From contig NW_026250406.1 in assembly GCF_024521635.1 (NCBI RefSeq), positions 186,001 to 250,000 of the forward strand: 64,000 nt of DNA, written 5' to 3'. Shown piece after piece: positions 36,678 through 49,571 of this stretch. The notes beneath the pieces are model-generated. The model was not told the origin of the DNA and ran no database searches. It was given only the letters and a program-made list of their open reading frames with translations. The position numbers and the translations under genes were made by a program. Positions within the stretch are counted from its first letter, which is position 1; every line of letters starts with the position of its first letter. The stretch comes from Tricharina praecox (taxonomy: Eukaryota).

Positions 36678-38159
36678 ACGTGCGAGCGACGAGTTGGTTA
36701 ATCAACCTACCTACTTATGTACAGGGTCAGTGTGTGTGGTAGCGGCTATCTGTAGATTTCTTGTTTTTTGCCTGTTTTTGCTGTTTTTTTGCCTGTTTTT
36801 GTTTTTTTGTTTTTGCTGTTTTCTCTTCCCTTCTCTTTTCTTGCGATGGATGGATTACCTACTACACCCTACTCGGTTTTTATATGTTCGGCCCGTGGAT
36901 CGTTAACGCTATATGGCGGATGTTTGTCGTTTTTGGCTTTGCTTTGCTTTTGCTTTTGCTTTGATTTGCGTTCTGTGGATATGTTCTTGCTTGCTTACTT
37001 ACGGACTTACTGAGCATTAGTTGGTGGGGAGTGGGAGCTGTACTTGATATTGATGGGCTACGACGACAAGAGATACGATGATACGACGACATGATATGGA
37101 TGGGGGTGGAGATATGGATGAAGATGAATGGGATGGAGATGAAGAGGGAGAGATGGATGGAGAGAGGGATGGAGATTGCATTTCAGATATGGCCATAGTT
37201 ATGGCATTGGGATGTGGATAGTTTGGCATTGACATCAGCATGATTGGCATGATTGGCATTAGGATGTAGTTATGTTTGTACTTACTTTCTTACTTTCTTA
37301 CTTGCATAGGCAGATAGATAGTTAGGCAGTTGGTTACGTTAAATACGTTGGTTACGTTAGAGAATCGAATATCCAGTAATCACTCGCTCTTGCTTTTATA
37401 ACTTACAAGGTGCGGGTGGGTTGAAACTTGAGATTGTGGTTACTGTGGGCTTGGCTGCGTGTGAGTTGAGATAGTGAGACTGCGTGGAGTGTGGTGAATA
37501 GCAGCTTTTACTCGCTCGCGAGATGGGTATGAGCTGAAAGTTCCGCCGGCTGGCTGGCTGCGTTTGGAGTTCGGATTTCGGAATGACCGGAAGCTCAATT
37601 GAAAGCCCGAGGTCTTTGGTAGATATCCCCAGGTCCCACATCTCAGAGAGTCCGAGTTCGCGATTCCCATAGAGTAGGTAGTAACTGTGCTCGCGTACCG
37701 TACGTCCAGTGTTCACCAGCGGATCGTGATGGGAATAGGTGCACAAGGAGCACAAGAAGGATCGAATGGCACATTTCAGCTGAGCTGAGCTACTGTGTAG
37801 AGTACGAGTGCTCTGGTAGACTACTGTTCCGCGTGGCTTCGGAAGTTGGAGGTCGGAAGGTCGGAAGGTCGGAAGACTGATCGGAGTAACTACGAGAGCA
37901 CTCGCGATCGGTAATGCGAGCAAAGCTGTTGGACTGTGCATGTATGTGCGAGTACATACGCAATAAGAATTACAGCTGGAGCCCCCCATTCACACTGGCA
38001 CTTCGCATTCGCACTCTCGGCTTCGCCCTCGTCGGGTTCACTTCAGTTCAGCCAGTCTACCCGTTCCTATTTCGCATCCTCCCCCAAAGCTAAATAACAG
38101 CTCGAGCAGCTTCTCTGGCGTACGAGTCGGCGATCCACACCCACGGTACACCGTGCACA

Positions 38160-38650
38160 GGATGTATGTACCTAGGCGCCGTGGTAATTGCATATCGAGG
38201 GCACTGGCGAGCGAGCGGTGGCCACTGGCCGCAACTGCATGTCTATACAGTAGAGTTGTACTGCCGCTGCTCAGTGCGCCCCCAGAAACTGTTATTGCTG
38301 GAGTTTAGACTCCGGGATATTGGCGTTACAATATACCGGTACTCTGTTTACATTGATCTACACATCTACACGCTGGTCTCTCTCGCACCGCGAAGGCCAG
38401 ACGGATAGGTACTCCAGTCTCCAGACGGTGAATGCGGTGTTCAACACCCCACCCTGCATAAACGGTAAACCTAGTGTTTTTACCGCCAGTATGTACAAGA
38501 TCACCCCCAGTCCGTGAACCGTTTACCGCGCGTGTACGAGTACCTAGCACACGGACGACCTGGGGGGAGTGAATACCTAGCGCTGCTGCGAGTACGAGTG
38601 CGAGTACTCTGGCTGTCGGTGCTGGCTGGCTGTCGGTGCCGGCTGGCTGT
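38160..38650 (+). repeat. Dispersed repeat copy 1 (non-coding, possible non-autonomous element relic)
   Basis: Matches the reverse complement of 45370-45685 in blocks (cctaggcgccgtggtaatt; tggcgagcgagcggtgg; gaaggccagacggata; gtgaaccgttt; agcacacggacgacctg). Confidence 0.8.
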
Positions 38651-39970
38651 CGGTGCTGTCCGACCGACTGCCCGGCCGACCGAGCATGAGTAGAGCACCG
38701 GTATCCCGAAGATTCCCCGCGTTCGTTCGTTCTTCGCACCGCATCACCGGATATCACACCCTTTCTTCCCCCGCTTCCCCCGTCCCGTCCCGTCCCCGAC
38801 CTGTCTCGTCCGGTCACGTCCGGTCACGTCCCGTCTAGTCACGCCTGTCCAGTCACGCCTCGCCTCGCCGAACCCAACCCGTGATATCCCACCCGTGATA
38901 TCACATCATCATCATCATCAGCCTCGGCGCCGGCGCCGGTGCCGGTAGAATGGGAATCGCTACTCTATGTATATTCTCTAACTACATAACCCCACCTACC
39001 CCTCCTGCCCCTCCCACCATCCACCATCCACCACCCCATTCACCACACACACACATCCACGGGCGGCTGGTCACCCACACACACTAAACTCCCACCCACT
39101 ATGTACACTTATTGGCAGCACACACACACACCCGACTCCCACACTTACCGCCAACACTTCCGTCGATCACTCTAGTAGTTACCGGGCGTATGAATATAGG
39201 TGTGTATGTATGTATGTAGGGAGGCATGATGTCGTAGATCTGGCGATCAGGGCCACACACACACACTCTCTCTCTCTCGCACACACACACATACACACTC
39301 ACACGGGTGGAGAAACAATTACCGTCCCGTCCCGAGACCGAGACCGGGGCCGAGACTTACCGCACCGAACTTTTTTTACCCCCCTTGGACTACCTAGGTA
39401 TCTATACAGTACTTCTTCTCAACGCAAGTGAATGTACGAGTACTCTACTAAGTAGGGTGTATAGACTACTAGTAGGTTAAGTAAGATGTAAGCAACTAAG
39501 CATCGGCCGTAAAAACAAAAACTCAAAACAAAACACCGAATTGCCATTCGCTTCGCAATGTCTCTCCCGCTCTATATCCGATCCGAATCCGATCCCGTGC
39601 CATTACAAGTCTCTCTCGCTCTCTCGCTCTCTCGTTCCCGCAGTCGGGTAGGGTAATAAAGGTAGTAGTTACAGAAATGAAATGAAATATGTAGAGAAGG
39701 TTCCGTGATTAAAAAATAAAAAAGGCCAAAGAAAATCGGGTGTGTCCGGTCCAGTCCGGTCCAGTCCAGTCCAGTCCAGCTCGTCTAGCTCGTCCAGCTA
39801 CGAAATGAATGGTGGGGAGGAAGAAACGAAAAAGAAGAAAGAAAAAGAAGAAAAAGAAGAAAAACACAAAAAAACGAAACGAAAAAAAACGAAATGGTAT
39901 AAGTCTGTCTCCCATCCAAGTCCATCAATCCATCCATCCACAGCAAATCCCCAACAAATCCCAACAAGTC

Positions 39971-41576
39971 TCACAAGATGGTACAAGTCCTGCCCTTCTT
40001 TTTCCTGACACCGCCTCCTGTCGCTCCTCCGCCACCAGCACCGGGCGCATCGCCTCCATACATCTTCATCAGCTGCCTTGTGAGGTTCAAGAAGACCTCG
40101 TCGACGTTGAGCCGTCTCCTGGCCGAGGACTCGTAGAGCGGTACGCCGCCCCACTTGCGCGAGAGGTGGTTTGCGCGGTTTTTCGACACTTGCCGGTCGC
40201 CCTCGAGATCCGACTTGTTGCCGACTATGACGATCGGCACCTCTTCCACTTCTTTGATTCGCAGGATGGCGTCACGGATCGGGGTGAGCTCTTGGAAGGA
40301 CGTGAGGCTGGTTATCGAGTAGACGAGTAGGAAGCCCTAGGCTAGAGTTAGTGGTGCGAGGCCGTGATGGCGGAAGTGATATATGGTACTTGGCCTGCGA
40401 GAATCTGTTAGTACTAAACCCAAACATAGGAAGAGGAAAAATGTAGGTACCGGTTTTCAGATATATCTCTCTTTGCTACGGTTAGTCAAGTGCACAGCTA
40501 ACAACCTCGGCCACGCGAAGTCTGGATGACGAAGTACCTCATAGAAGCTAACGGCGAGCCATATATTAGCTTATGTACGATAGCCGGACCAGATTCTGGG
40601 GAATGCAATGCATCACTTACTGAATTGTTCCGTCCCCGCGGTATCCAAACTATCGACGAAACAAAACCATCAGCATTCCCCACCACCATCCACCGGGACC
40701 GAGACGCCTTACATCTCCAAAACACAAGATTTCCCCTATGTACACCCACGTCAGCTACCATATATTTCTCGGTTTCTCGGTTTCTCCGTAGGATTCTGTA
40801 AGATTCTGCAGGATTATGGAGTTGAATGGAATGGAATGCTGACATACATCTACCTCCACCACTTTGCGGTACGAATCCTCGATAGTGGGGTCGTACGACT
40901 CGATCCACACATTTTGGACGAATTGAGCTGAAGAAGAAGAAAAGAAAAGAATGAGCACGACCGACTACTACTAATGAAAGCTCTCTCTCCCTCCTCCCTC
41001 CCCAGGATGCTAGTTAAGTGTGTACTTACCTGTCAAACAGCTTTTTCCAACTCCACCTGTATATCGAAAAAACGACGCCATACGGCACACACCAAACTTT
41101 TAGCCAGGGCACTTCTCTGAATATTGATTTTTCTTTTTCTCTCGCCAAAAAAGAAAGAAAAAAAAAGAAAAAAAAATGTTGGAAGAAAAAAAGATATAAA
41201 AATGTTGCATGAAGTCATCTTTTCTCTGAGCTGTCTGCTGCAGTCTGCCCCCCGCCAACGACAACAAAGAAGAAGAAGGTGGAAAAAGATCAATTTCTCC
41301 AAGTAAAAAAAAAGAATTCTGAAGAATTGTAAAAAAAAAGATGCAGATGGCAGATATCGAAAGGCAAGTGTACGACGGTAAAACATATCATCCCATACCG
41401 GCACCCAAAACCACTATATTAAATTCTCTCCTGAATAAATGGTCGCGTTTAGCCTGAGCCCGTGCCGTCCATGATGATTTGGCAGTAGAAGAAGAAGCAG
41501 TGGTGGTGTGGGGTGAGGAGGAATGATCGAGGTAGGAGGAGTGGGAGGTACGTTGGCCATACCTGCCGGGCTGCAT
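39971..41576 (-). CDS. RSR1: Ras-related GTPase Rsr1/Rap1 (krev-1-type), 10 exons
   Basis: Spliced product [46 protein letters not shown]...[29 protein letters not shown]...GNKSD...ESSAR...CTIL; Thr at position 61 (DTAGT) is the Rap/Rsr1 signature; CaaX box. Confidence 0.93.
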
Positions 41577-42954
41577 TTTTGATGTGCTGATGCTGTAGTA
41601 ACTGCTGCTTGCTGTGGCTGCTGGCTGCTTCTGCTGCTGTCGACCTGACGACGGCGCGGATTTATCGATGGGTGGGTGAGTGGGGGGAAGGGAGTTCCTT
41701 CAAGGTAGAGGTATGTAGGTTTGGAAGCTGGAAGCTGGAAGCTACGGCAGCATCAAACTAGAGGATAAGCAAGCGTAAGCAAGGATAGACCCGGGGGAGG
41801 GGATAGGAGGGGGAGGGGATAGGAGGGGGTTAGGAGGGGGGGGGGGTTAGGTTAGGGAACGAGGAAGCAGATTTTGGGACGGAGGCTTCATTGACGCGGG
41901 TTAAGTCTCATGTAATCACCTAATTAACGGATAGATAGGCCAGACCTCACTCACACACTCTCTCTCTCTCTTTCTTCACGCTCTCACCCTCCCCCGAACG
42001 AACGAGCAACAAGCAACAGGTCCTTTCTTCGTCGTCGGGTCGCCGTCTCGTCGATGATCCCGTGGACGTGGCGGAGTAGCTAAAGCTGTCGGATTCCGTT
42101 GCGTTGCGTTCTGGAGATGGTGAGCGAGGGAGGGAGGGCTGACGGGCTGACTGTCACGGTCCAATAGCGTTCGTGGCTGGGCTGAGCGATAAGGATGGGG
42201 GGAAAGAGTCGACGAGACTTATTATTAACGAGAGAAGATTCAACGAAGCTGGTTCGTATGTAAGAGGGGGGGAGGGGGGGAGGAGGGGGGAGGGGGGAGT
42301 AGAGTGATGTATGTGGGATAGGTAGGTTAGGTAGAGGTAGATGGAGAGTAGTACTTCGCGGACGAAGGAAAAACCACCAACTAAAGATGTTACCCCCTGT
42401 TGAATACCGACGATCAAGGTTGTAAAAAAAGAGGCTGCTGGCGGATGCACTTCTGCTTAAGTTGGATAGCATCTCCAACTAGTGTTGTTATTCTGCTGCA
42501 CGGACCGGGTTTGCCCTTGTTGGAGAACGGGTAACTCTAGCGAGTGACCGACCCTGAACGCAGTCGCGTGATAGACGCGTCCAATGGGCGGCGGTTGTGC
42601 GGCGATCAAGGAAATTAGTCCTTCGTGAAGTGAGCACGAGATGGCCGCGGCCAATTCATAGGGCATCGTCATGTGCGCGCTGATGGACATAGTTATACGA
42701 CTACGGACCCGGCCCAGACACAACGGATCGGCTCCAGCCCCTGACTGATAGACAGCTGCCGCGCAATCGCAATCCAAGGAGGTATCTCTTGCTCTATGGT
42801 AGGTATAGTAGGTAGGTACAGTCCAGTTCACCGAGTACAATGGCCACAATCACGCCGCAAATCACACCCGGTCCCGTACCTCCGCCCCTCCGCCCCCCGC
42901 CTCCTACAGGTCACGAGTCCAGTACACGGTCTAACAGCCACTTCACTCCCCTAG

Positions 42955-44487
42955 CTACTTCTCCAAAAACCTTCCTACACTGCCTCCGATATGTTCCAGA
43001 TCCAACAAGAAGCTGTCGTGTCCAAACAAACTAACATCCTCGCCCAGCTCCATATGGGTGACGCTCCTGTTGCCGCCCAGTCTTAAGGCATCCGCGATCT
43101 CCCGCTGCTGCCAGGCAGGGAACAGGATATCGCTAGTGACACCGAGAATCAACGTTGGGTGAGACCGAAGCGCCCCCAAGCCGTCGATCAGATCCTGGGG
43201 CGGGTTGGTGGTAGGAACAGCGGGGCTCCTGGGCTTCTCCTCGTATGGTTTGGCCGGGAGGGTGAGGCTGCATTGTGGATCGTCTTTGGGGACATCCGAT
43301 GACAGCTTCGATTCGTTCTCCGTTCTACGGGCTTTGGTGCGAGATTGGGACTTCGCGCCAAGGTCGAAGAGGTCCATGGCCTTCGAGACATAGAGCAGCG
43401 AGTTGGCGTCGTACTGTAGACACCACTTCTCTCCGGCATGGTCGAGGTAAGTTTCGATCAGGAAGTCGGGACAGAGAGCCGGTGGCTGCGAGGGGTCTGC
43501 TCGTTCGCGGCCGAAGCGCTGTTCCCACTCGGGGCCTGATCGGTAGGTAACGGTGGCGATTTGACGTGCTAGCTTCATTCCCGAGTGCGGTGGGACTCTT
43601 CCGTAGTAGAACCCGCGGTTCCAATTGGGATCCGCCATCAGAACTAGCAAAGTCAGCAGGAGTTACGGAGTAGTGGCGGAGGGCATCTCACCTTGCCGTT
43701 GAGTGTACCGCATGGCAATGCTGTACGGATGACTCCGCGCACACCCGCTGATGCTCACGAGCCTTCCTACACGTTCCGGGAACAGCACACCGGCCGCCAG
43801 GCTCTGCATCCCGCCCATACTCGCACCGACACTGGCATACAACCTCTCGATGCCGAGGGCATCCAGCAATCGAAACTGCGCCGTGACCATATCGGTGATG
43901 GTGATGATCGGAAACCTAGTGGCATAGATCTCTCCGTCGGCAGGGTCGATGCTGGACGGTCCCGTGGAGCCATAGCACCCGCCGAGCACATTTGTGCAGA
44001 TGACAAAGAAGCGATCGGTATCGAGCGCGCAGCCAGGCCCGATGAACTTCTCCCACCAGCCGGGGCTCGCGTTGCTCGGTGTGGAATGCGCATGCGACGA
44101 CGCCGACAGTCCGGTGTGCAGCAGGATGACATTCGACCGGTCCGCATTCATCGTCCCCCACGTCTCGTAGGCGATCGTGAACTCGCTCAGCACCCCGCCG
44201 TTGTCGAGGAGAATCGGCGACTGGGATGTCCACTTCTCGTGTGCGCCGGTGGTGTACGAGGGCTCGGGACCCTCGGTCGAGAAGCGAGTCTCGAGCTGGC
44301 GGGTCCGCGACTCGATCGCGTCGAGACACGGGAACGCCATCGGCGGGTTCGACGATGCATTGCTGTTGAACCGCGTCTGCTGCCTACTAAAGATTGCTGC
44401 TTGGGCCCGGAGGGTTGCGGTTGGTGTTGACCGAGACCGGATGGTGGTCCGGGACGCCGTCCGACACAGTGTGATTAGGCGATTCAT
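42955..44487 (-). CDS. cysA: Mitochondrial serine O-acyl(succinyl/acetyl)transferase, MetX/Met2-like alpha/beta hydrolase (Cys2/CysA), 2 exons
   Basis: Basic presequence; [51 protein letters not shown]. Confidence 0.85.
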
Positions 44488-45369
44488 GGTGCCGTTGTTT
44501 GCATCCCAAGTGCAGCAGGACGAGAGCTGTAGGAGGGTTTCATGACGCGGGGTGCGCCGACACTATTGAATGGCGAGTGCTGGTGCGCAGGTCGAATTGC
44601 AAATTGTTTCTATGGATTAGTAAAGAATGACGTGCTTACGAACTGCCAAGCGCTCAGCCCATTAATGGCGCTAGGCCTCTTTAGTATCAGCGTAGTCACC
44701 AATTATCACCGACAGTCCATCCACTTGCCTGTGGACTTTGTTTTCAGCGGAAAGCCATGTCCGTATAATACTAGAAAGCCATAGCATAGTCACCGTACAT
44801 ACATTTCTTAGAGCAATTCCACAGCAGTAAAAAGCGAACGCTATAATCACCAGGCATAAGCAGCATAACAATCCCTCCCGAACTTAGATATCAGCGACAC
44901 CCACGTAGCCATCGGACCTCGAGCCGACCACGTGGTGACAACTGCCAGCATACACTCACCACACCTCAGCGTGCAGCAAAATCTACAAACACCAACAGCT
45001 GAACAGTCCAAACCTAGCTGGTGACAGGCGAGGTTGATATTTTGTGATCTTGTGAACGACAGATGGTGAGGGTGAGTGTGGTTAGTTGGTATTTCGTATT
45101 CCCGCCGCGATGATCCACCGCAATGATAGATAACATGACCTTACCTTTCCTTACCTTGCAGATCCCGTCATCATTGAGGATATATCCGGTAGTTACATAC
45201 GGTAGCAAGTCCAGCCGGCCGGCTTGTTCATCGGCCCGAATAACCGGGGGTGACAGTAGTACATAGCAATTCCAATTCCATGGGCGCACATGCGGTAGCG
45301 CACTGAGCAGCAGTAGTGCTGTAGACACTGTTGCCGTGGTGGACGGACCGATCCAACCTTGAAGCAGCA

Positions 45370-45685
45370 GCCACCGCTCGCTCGCCAAAGCCCTCGATAC
45401 TCTACCGGTACTTTATGTAATTACCACGGCGCCTAGGTATGTACAGCGCCGACAGCCCAGCCAGGCAGCGCCGACATCCAGAGTCCTCGCACTCGCACTC
45501 GCAGCAGCGTTATTCACTCCGCTCAGGTCGTCCGTGTGCTACCCACGCGCGGCAAACGGTTCACAGACTGGGGATGATCTTGTGCTGGTGGTAAAACCAC
45601 TAGGTAACATCGCATTCACTGCCTGGAGTCCGAGTATCCGTCTGGCCTTCACGGGCTCACAGCAGAGTACCGGTATGTAACGCCA
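45370..45685 (-). repeat. Dispersed repeat copy 2 (inverted and permuted relative to 38160-38650)
   Basis: Block matches to the 38160-38650 copy listed above. Confidence 0.8.
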
Positions 45686-45806
45686 TTATGCACATGGTAG
45701 TAACCCAAAACCCAAATTCCAAACTCCAGAGTTCAAACCCCCCAGTATAAAGCCCACATTTGAAACGCCATAGGAAGCAGTCAATAATCCAAGCCCACTC
45801 GCATCT

Positions 45807-48491
45807 TCACATAAACTCCGCATTCTGCATGTTGAACAGTCCCTGGACCTTTCTCCACTCCAACTTCTCGACATGAAGCGAAAAGAGCTGTTTCTTCCCC
45901 CTACCGCGGCCCTGGTGCGAAGTCACCGGATCAATGCAGACCAACAACTCCGATGCGCTGCTTGGATTGCTGTCATGGATGACGCACGTATACTTTTTTC
46001 CGCGGCGAACATCCAAGCAAGCGAGTGCGCGGCCGCTGGGCCTCATCACCTGCACCATGATCAGTCCACTGAGCAGCATCGTCCACATGGTGAGCGGAAC
46101 GTCAATGGAGAAGCCATCGTCGGCTTTCCGTTTGAACGCCGAATTGTATGGTCCACGTGTGCGCAGAATTGTCGTGTGCTCCTCGTGGAGGAGCTTGGCG
46201 ATTATGAGCTGCTCGGGCACTCCGCTGACATCGTGAAGTTCACTGACGCTTCGGCACTGTACTCTGAAGTGGAGGAAGTCTCGCCATGACCAGTTATCGA
46301 CTCGAACGCTTTTGCAGATCAGCACAAGAAAGGCGGCAAGAACCCAGCAGTACTATTGGTTATTGTTAACCGGAAACAGTAGATGAGGCACGGGCGAGAA
46401 AGGGAGGTGTACGGTAGTGATATTGAACGGGTCGACCGCTGCGATTCGACCTTTGACCGTGAAGCCTATGACCATGCCACCAATAACCAGGATCGAGGCC
46501 GCGGTGATGACGCTCCACACGTAGAGTGGGCATTGAACTATCACCGCCTTCTCATCGAAAATCCACTCATCCATCGTGCGGCCCGCCTTTGCCATACTGG
46601 TAGCATCGATGAGGCGAGAATTATTGGGGGGAGTCGTTTCACACATATTTTTCGTCGATTCAGGTCCGAGGGCGATCGTTGGTCCGGCAAGGAGCTTGTC
46701 TCGAGTCATTAATCCCCTGGAGAGCGAGGAAACGTACATGCCTTGACTGTTCCTCGAACTCTCGAAGAGGTTGGTGTACATTCGAAAGAATGCCTTGAAC
46801 TTTGTCGATGCATAATATCGTGTTGGCTCCTCCCCCTCGCAAGTGTGAGCAAACACGTTGATGGCATCAAAGATCTCCGAAACGATCCACGGTGTCGTCA
46901 ACAGGATCGGTATGGTGATGGTGATGATGTCTTCCATGCTTTCCAGAGACATTTCGTTCGGTGTGACTGTCTTTCCATTGAGCGAACGAGCCTGGATGTC
47001 TGTACTTTCCTGCTCTTCGTTGTCGTTGTACACCCAACGAAACTTGGTCTCGAGCGGCGATTCGACAGGTTTCCTGGGCGGAGGAGGACGATGGGGATCT
47101 TTCCGGACAGTCTCCACGATTTCATTCAGAATCGCACAGGCGGAGTGTGCAATATTCAGGCATGCCGGGGCTGACGTTCCCATCAATTCACCATTTGCCA
47201 CTTGGGAGAGCAGCGTTTGGAAGCCTTCGAATCCGGTTTCGCTGCCGATGTTAGTACAGCGGCGTGGGTAGTCAACGAGGAAGGTAACTTACTAAACAAC
47301 GGAACAGAGCTCGTACTTGGTCAAACAGTCTTCGACGTCGTCCTTATAATCCATCAAATTCAGCAGCATCTGGGTGAGTGAACTCTCAAGCTTCCGGAGT
47401 CTCCGCCTCTGTTTGAAATATCTGAACTTCAGTATTTCCCTGAGGAGCTCCTGGCCTTTTTCCACGCCGGTTGCTTCCGAGAGCATCTGTTTTCGATCGT
47501 TGTTCTCGGCCTTTTGAATCCGATCTGCCGCCGTGTCCAGAGCAAGGCGTGCGAATGTAGATGGCCGCTCCGAGATGACCTTCACCGCCGTCGACCAAGT
47601 AGAGAGCAATGCAAGGACATGGTTGTGCCATTCGGAGCCGTGCGCGGATTGGCAGAGAAAGCGGGCAAAGCTTGCAGTGAGGTAGTCCACAAGAGCAAAT
47701 ATATCAATCCGGCTTTCTCCGTCCGTCAGATTGTCATCCATGGTAGCGCGCTCCAACCGAGTGAGATGTATCTGGTATTTATCATGGTCCTCTGTATCTC
47801 GAAGGTCCTCATGATGCGCAGCATATAGTGCTTCATTGTCGTAGGCTCTTATGTGATTGCAATCCAGGATACGTTTGGCGAGAGACGAAAGACGGCAATA
47901 GGCATCGGGAGAGCCTTCCCTGAGGAAAGTTGGGCTTGAGAACCTAAGTTTCTGGTCCGGATCATTGACATACGTAACCAAGCGATGTATCTCCTTCGTC
48001 CACAATGTGCGAGACTGTTCCTCGTCCACACCGTAAACCTCTAGACTGTCAAGGGAAGGGAAATCCGTCAACGCGATGTCCACGCCCCGCATCGAGAACG
48101 ATTTGTGCCCCAAAACAACCCTGAGGACGTCGTTCTCTTTAATTGCGAGTCTGGTATCTCGGGGTTTAGTGTCTTCGAGCTCGTCGTGCAGAATGCTTTC
48201 GCCATACTGCTTGGGGCTCTGCGGCTGGATGGGCTCCTTCCGGAACCGACCGATGGCGTCTCCGATCTTCGTAGTGACTGTGCTAAGACGTCCCGAAGAC
48301 GCAATGGGTGGTAGTGGGGGGCAAGGATTGGCGATGTCTGGCGGTGGCTGAAAAAGCCTCGGTGGATCGCTTGACCGCAATCGCTTCCATCGTGGCGAGT
48401 CTTTGAATCTAACAGAGGATTTCTTCTTGGAGATGTTTGGTTTCTCGTCAAGGGTGTTAGCAGCCGGCGAAACAGCGAGGCCTAAAGCCAT
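45807..48491 (-). CDS. Uncharacterised protein of approx. 850 aa or more with two adjacent TM helices and a C-terminal cytosolic domain; 5' end uncertain (may extend to approx. 48760)
   Basis: Three ORFs joined by canonical introns: TA|GTAAGT..ACTAAC..CAG|C (approx. 47240-47292) and ACC|GTACAC..GTTAAC..TAG|TAC (approx. 46353-46412); hydrophobic segments YVWSVITAASILVIGGMVIGFTV and YCWVLAAFLVLI. Confidence 0.75.
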
Positions 48492-49571
48492 ATGATCTCG
48501 GGCAACGTAAGGGATGAGCCGATGACGCTGAAGGTGCTATAGATGCGGATAACTTCGTAGAGAAGGTGATCGGAAAAATAGATTCGAGATAATGGGGGGT
48601 AGACTTCGGAGCTTGGACGACTGTCGGAACTGGTAGCGGTGTGTGAGTAGTAGTCCGGCGAACTATCGTCAGCGTAGGCTTTATACTCTTGTCGCCGAGT
48701 ACGTACATTCTTTGGTAACGAGCTGACGAGCACTGGTGACAGTGGCTGTGGTGTTGGCCATGGCTATTCGAGTGAACCAAGCAGAGCCTCGATTCGTCTG
48801 CGTGTCCAGCCGCAGCCTGTTTAGAGTATCTGGCAGTGTCTGTTGGGGCGAAGGGAGATCGAAACACAGCTGTGCATTTTGGATATGCCAGTCGCCTCTT
48901 TCGGTAGTATATGCACAAGCATTTACCTATGGGAACCATGCGGCTGCGGAACAGCGCCTCATAGGCCATCGACAACACCATCAACACCAACACCACCCAT
49001 ATCGTCGCCAGCCCCACCGCACACAAGCCGGCGAATCAGCAGTCCTAAGTCGGTGCGGTTTCACTGCATTTCGACGACAAAATCCTCAAAGCACAATTCT
49101 TGCTTTGTGCGCGTGAATGCACGCAAACGCCCACAAAACACAGGATGCTCTGGCTTACGTGTGGAATTTTCTGTGGCTGAAGGCCGCAAGGAATTCTGTG
49201 GGGCTAGGTAGTGGGGGGGGGGGGGGCATGGAGAAACTTGAGGGCCAGGCGGGCTATTGCCAGAGTTGACTATTATCATGTCTCCGGCCAGACGTGTTGG
49301 TACCAAATCGATCGCGCGAATCGCGACGGAGCAGCAGAACACTGCCCCGCAAAATTACCATCATCTCGGGGTGGCCCCTCAGCCCAGGCGGACATTTGCC
49401 ACTGTGCCGGCTACGAAGGATGATAAGCCAGCCGTCATCAGATGAATATTAAAGGCTTTCGGTTTCGCTATCTAACGTTAAATGGTCCCACGCTCCCCGG
49501 CTTGTCTCTAGTCCGCCAGCTACTCTCTACTCACTGTTCCGCACTAATATTACACACTCCCGCGATCACCA

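Noticed and set aside
47292..47294. Apparent premature TAG ending the 399-aa ORF (pseudogene or A-to-I edited stop)
   Set aside because: The TAG is split by a canonical donor (TA|GTAAGT); splicing gives TAC and continues in frame.
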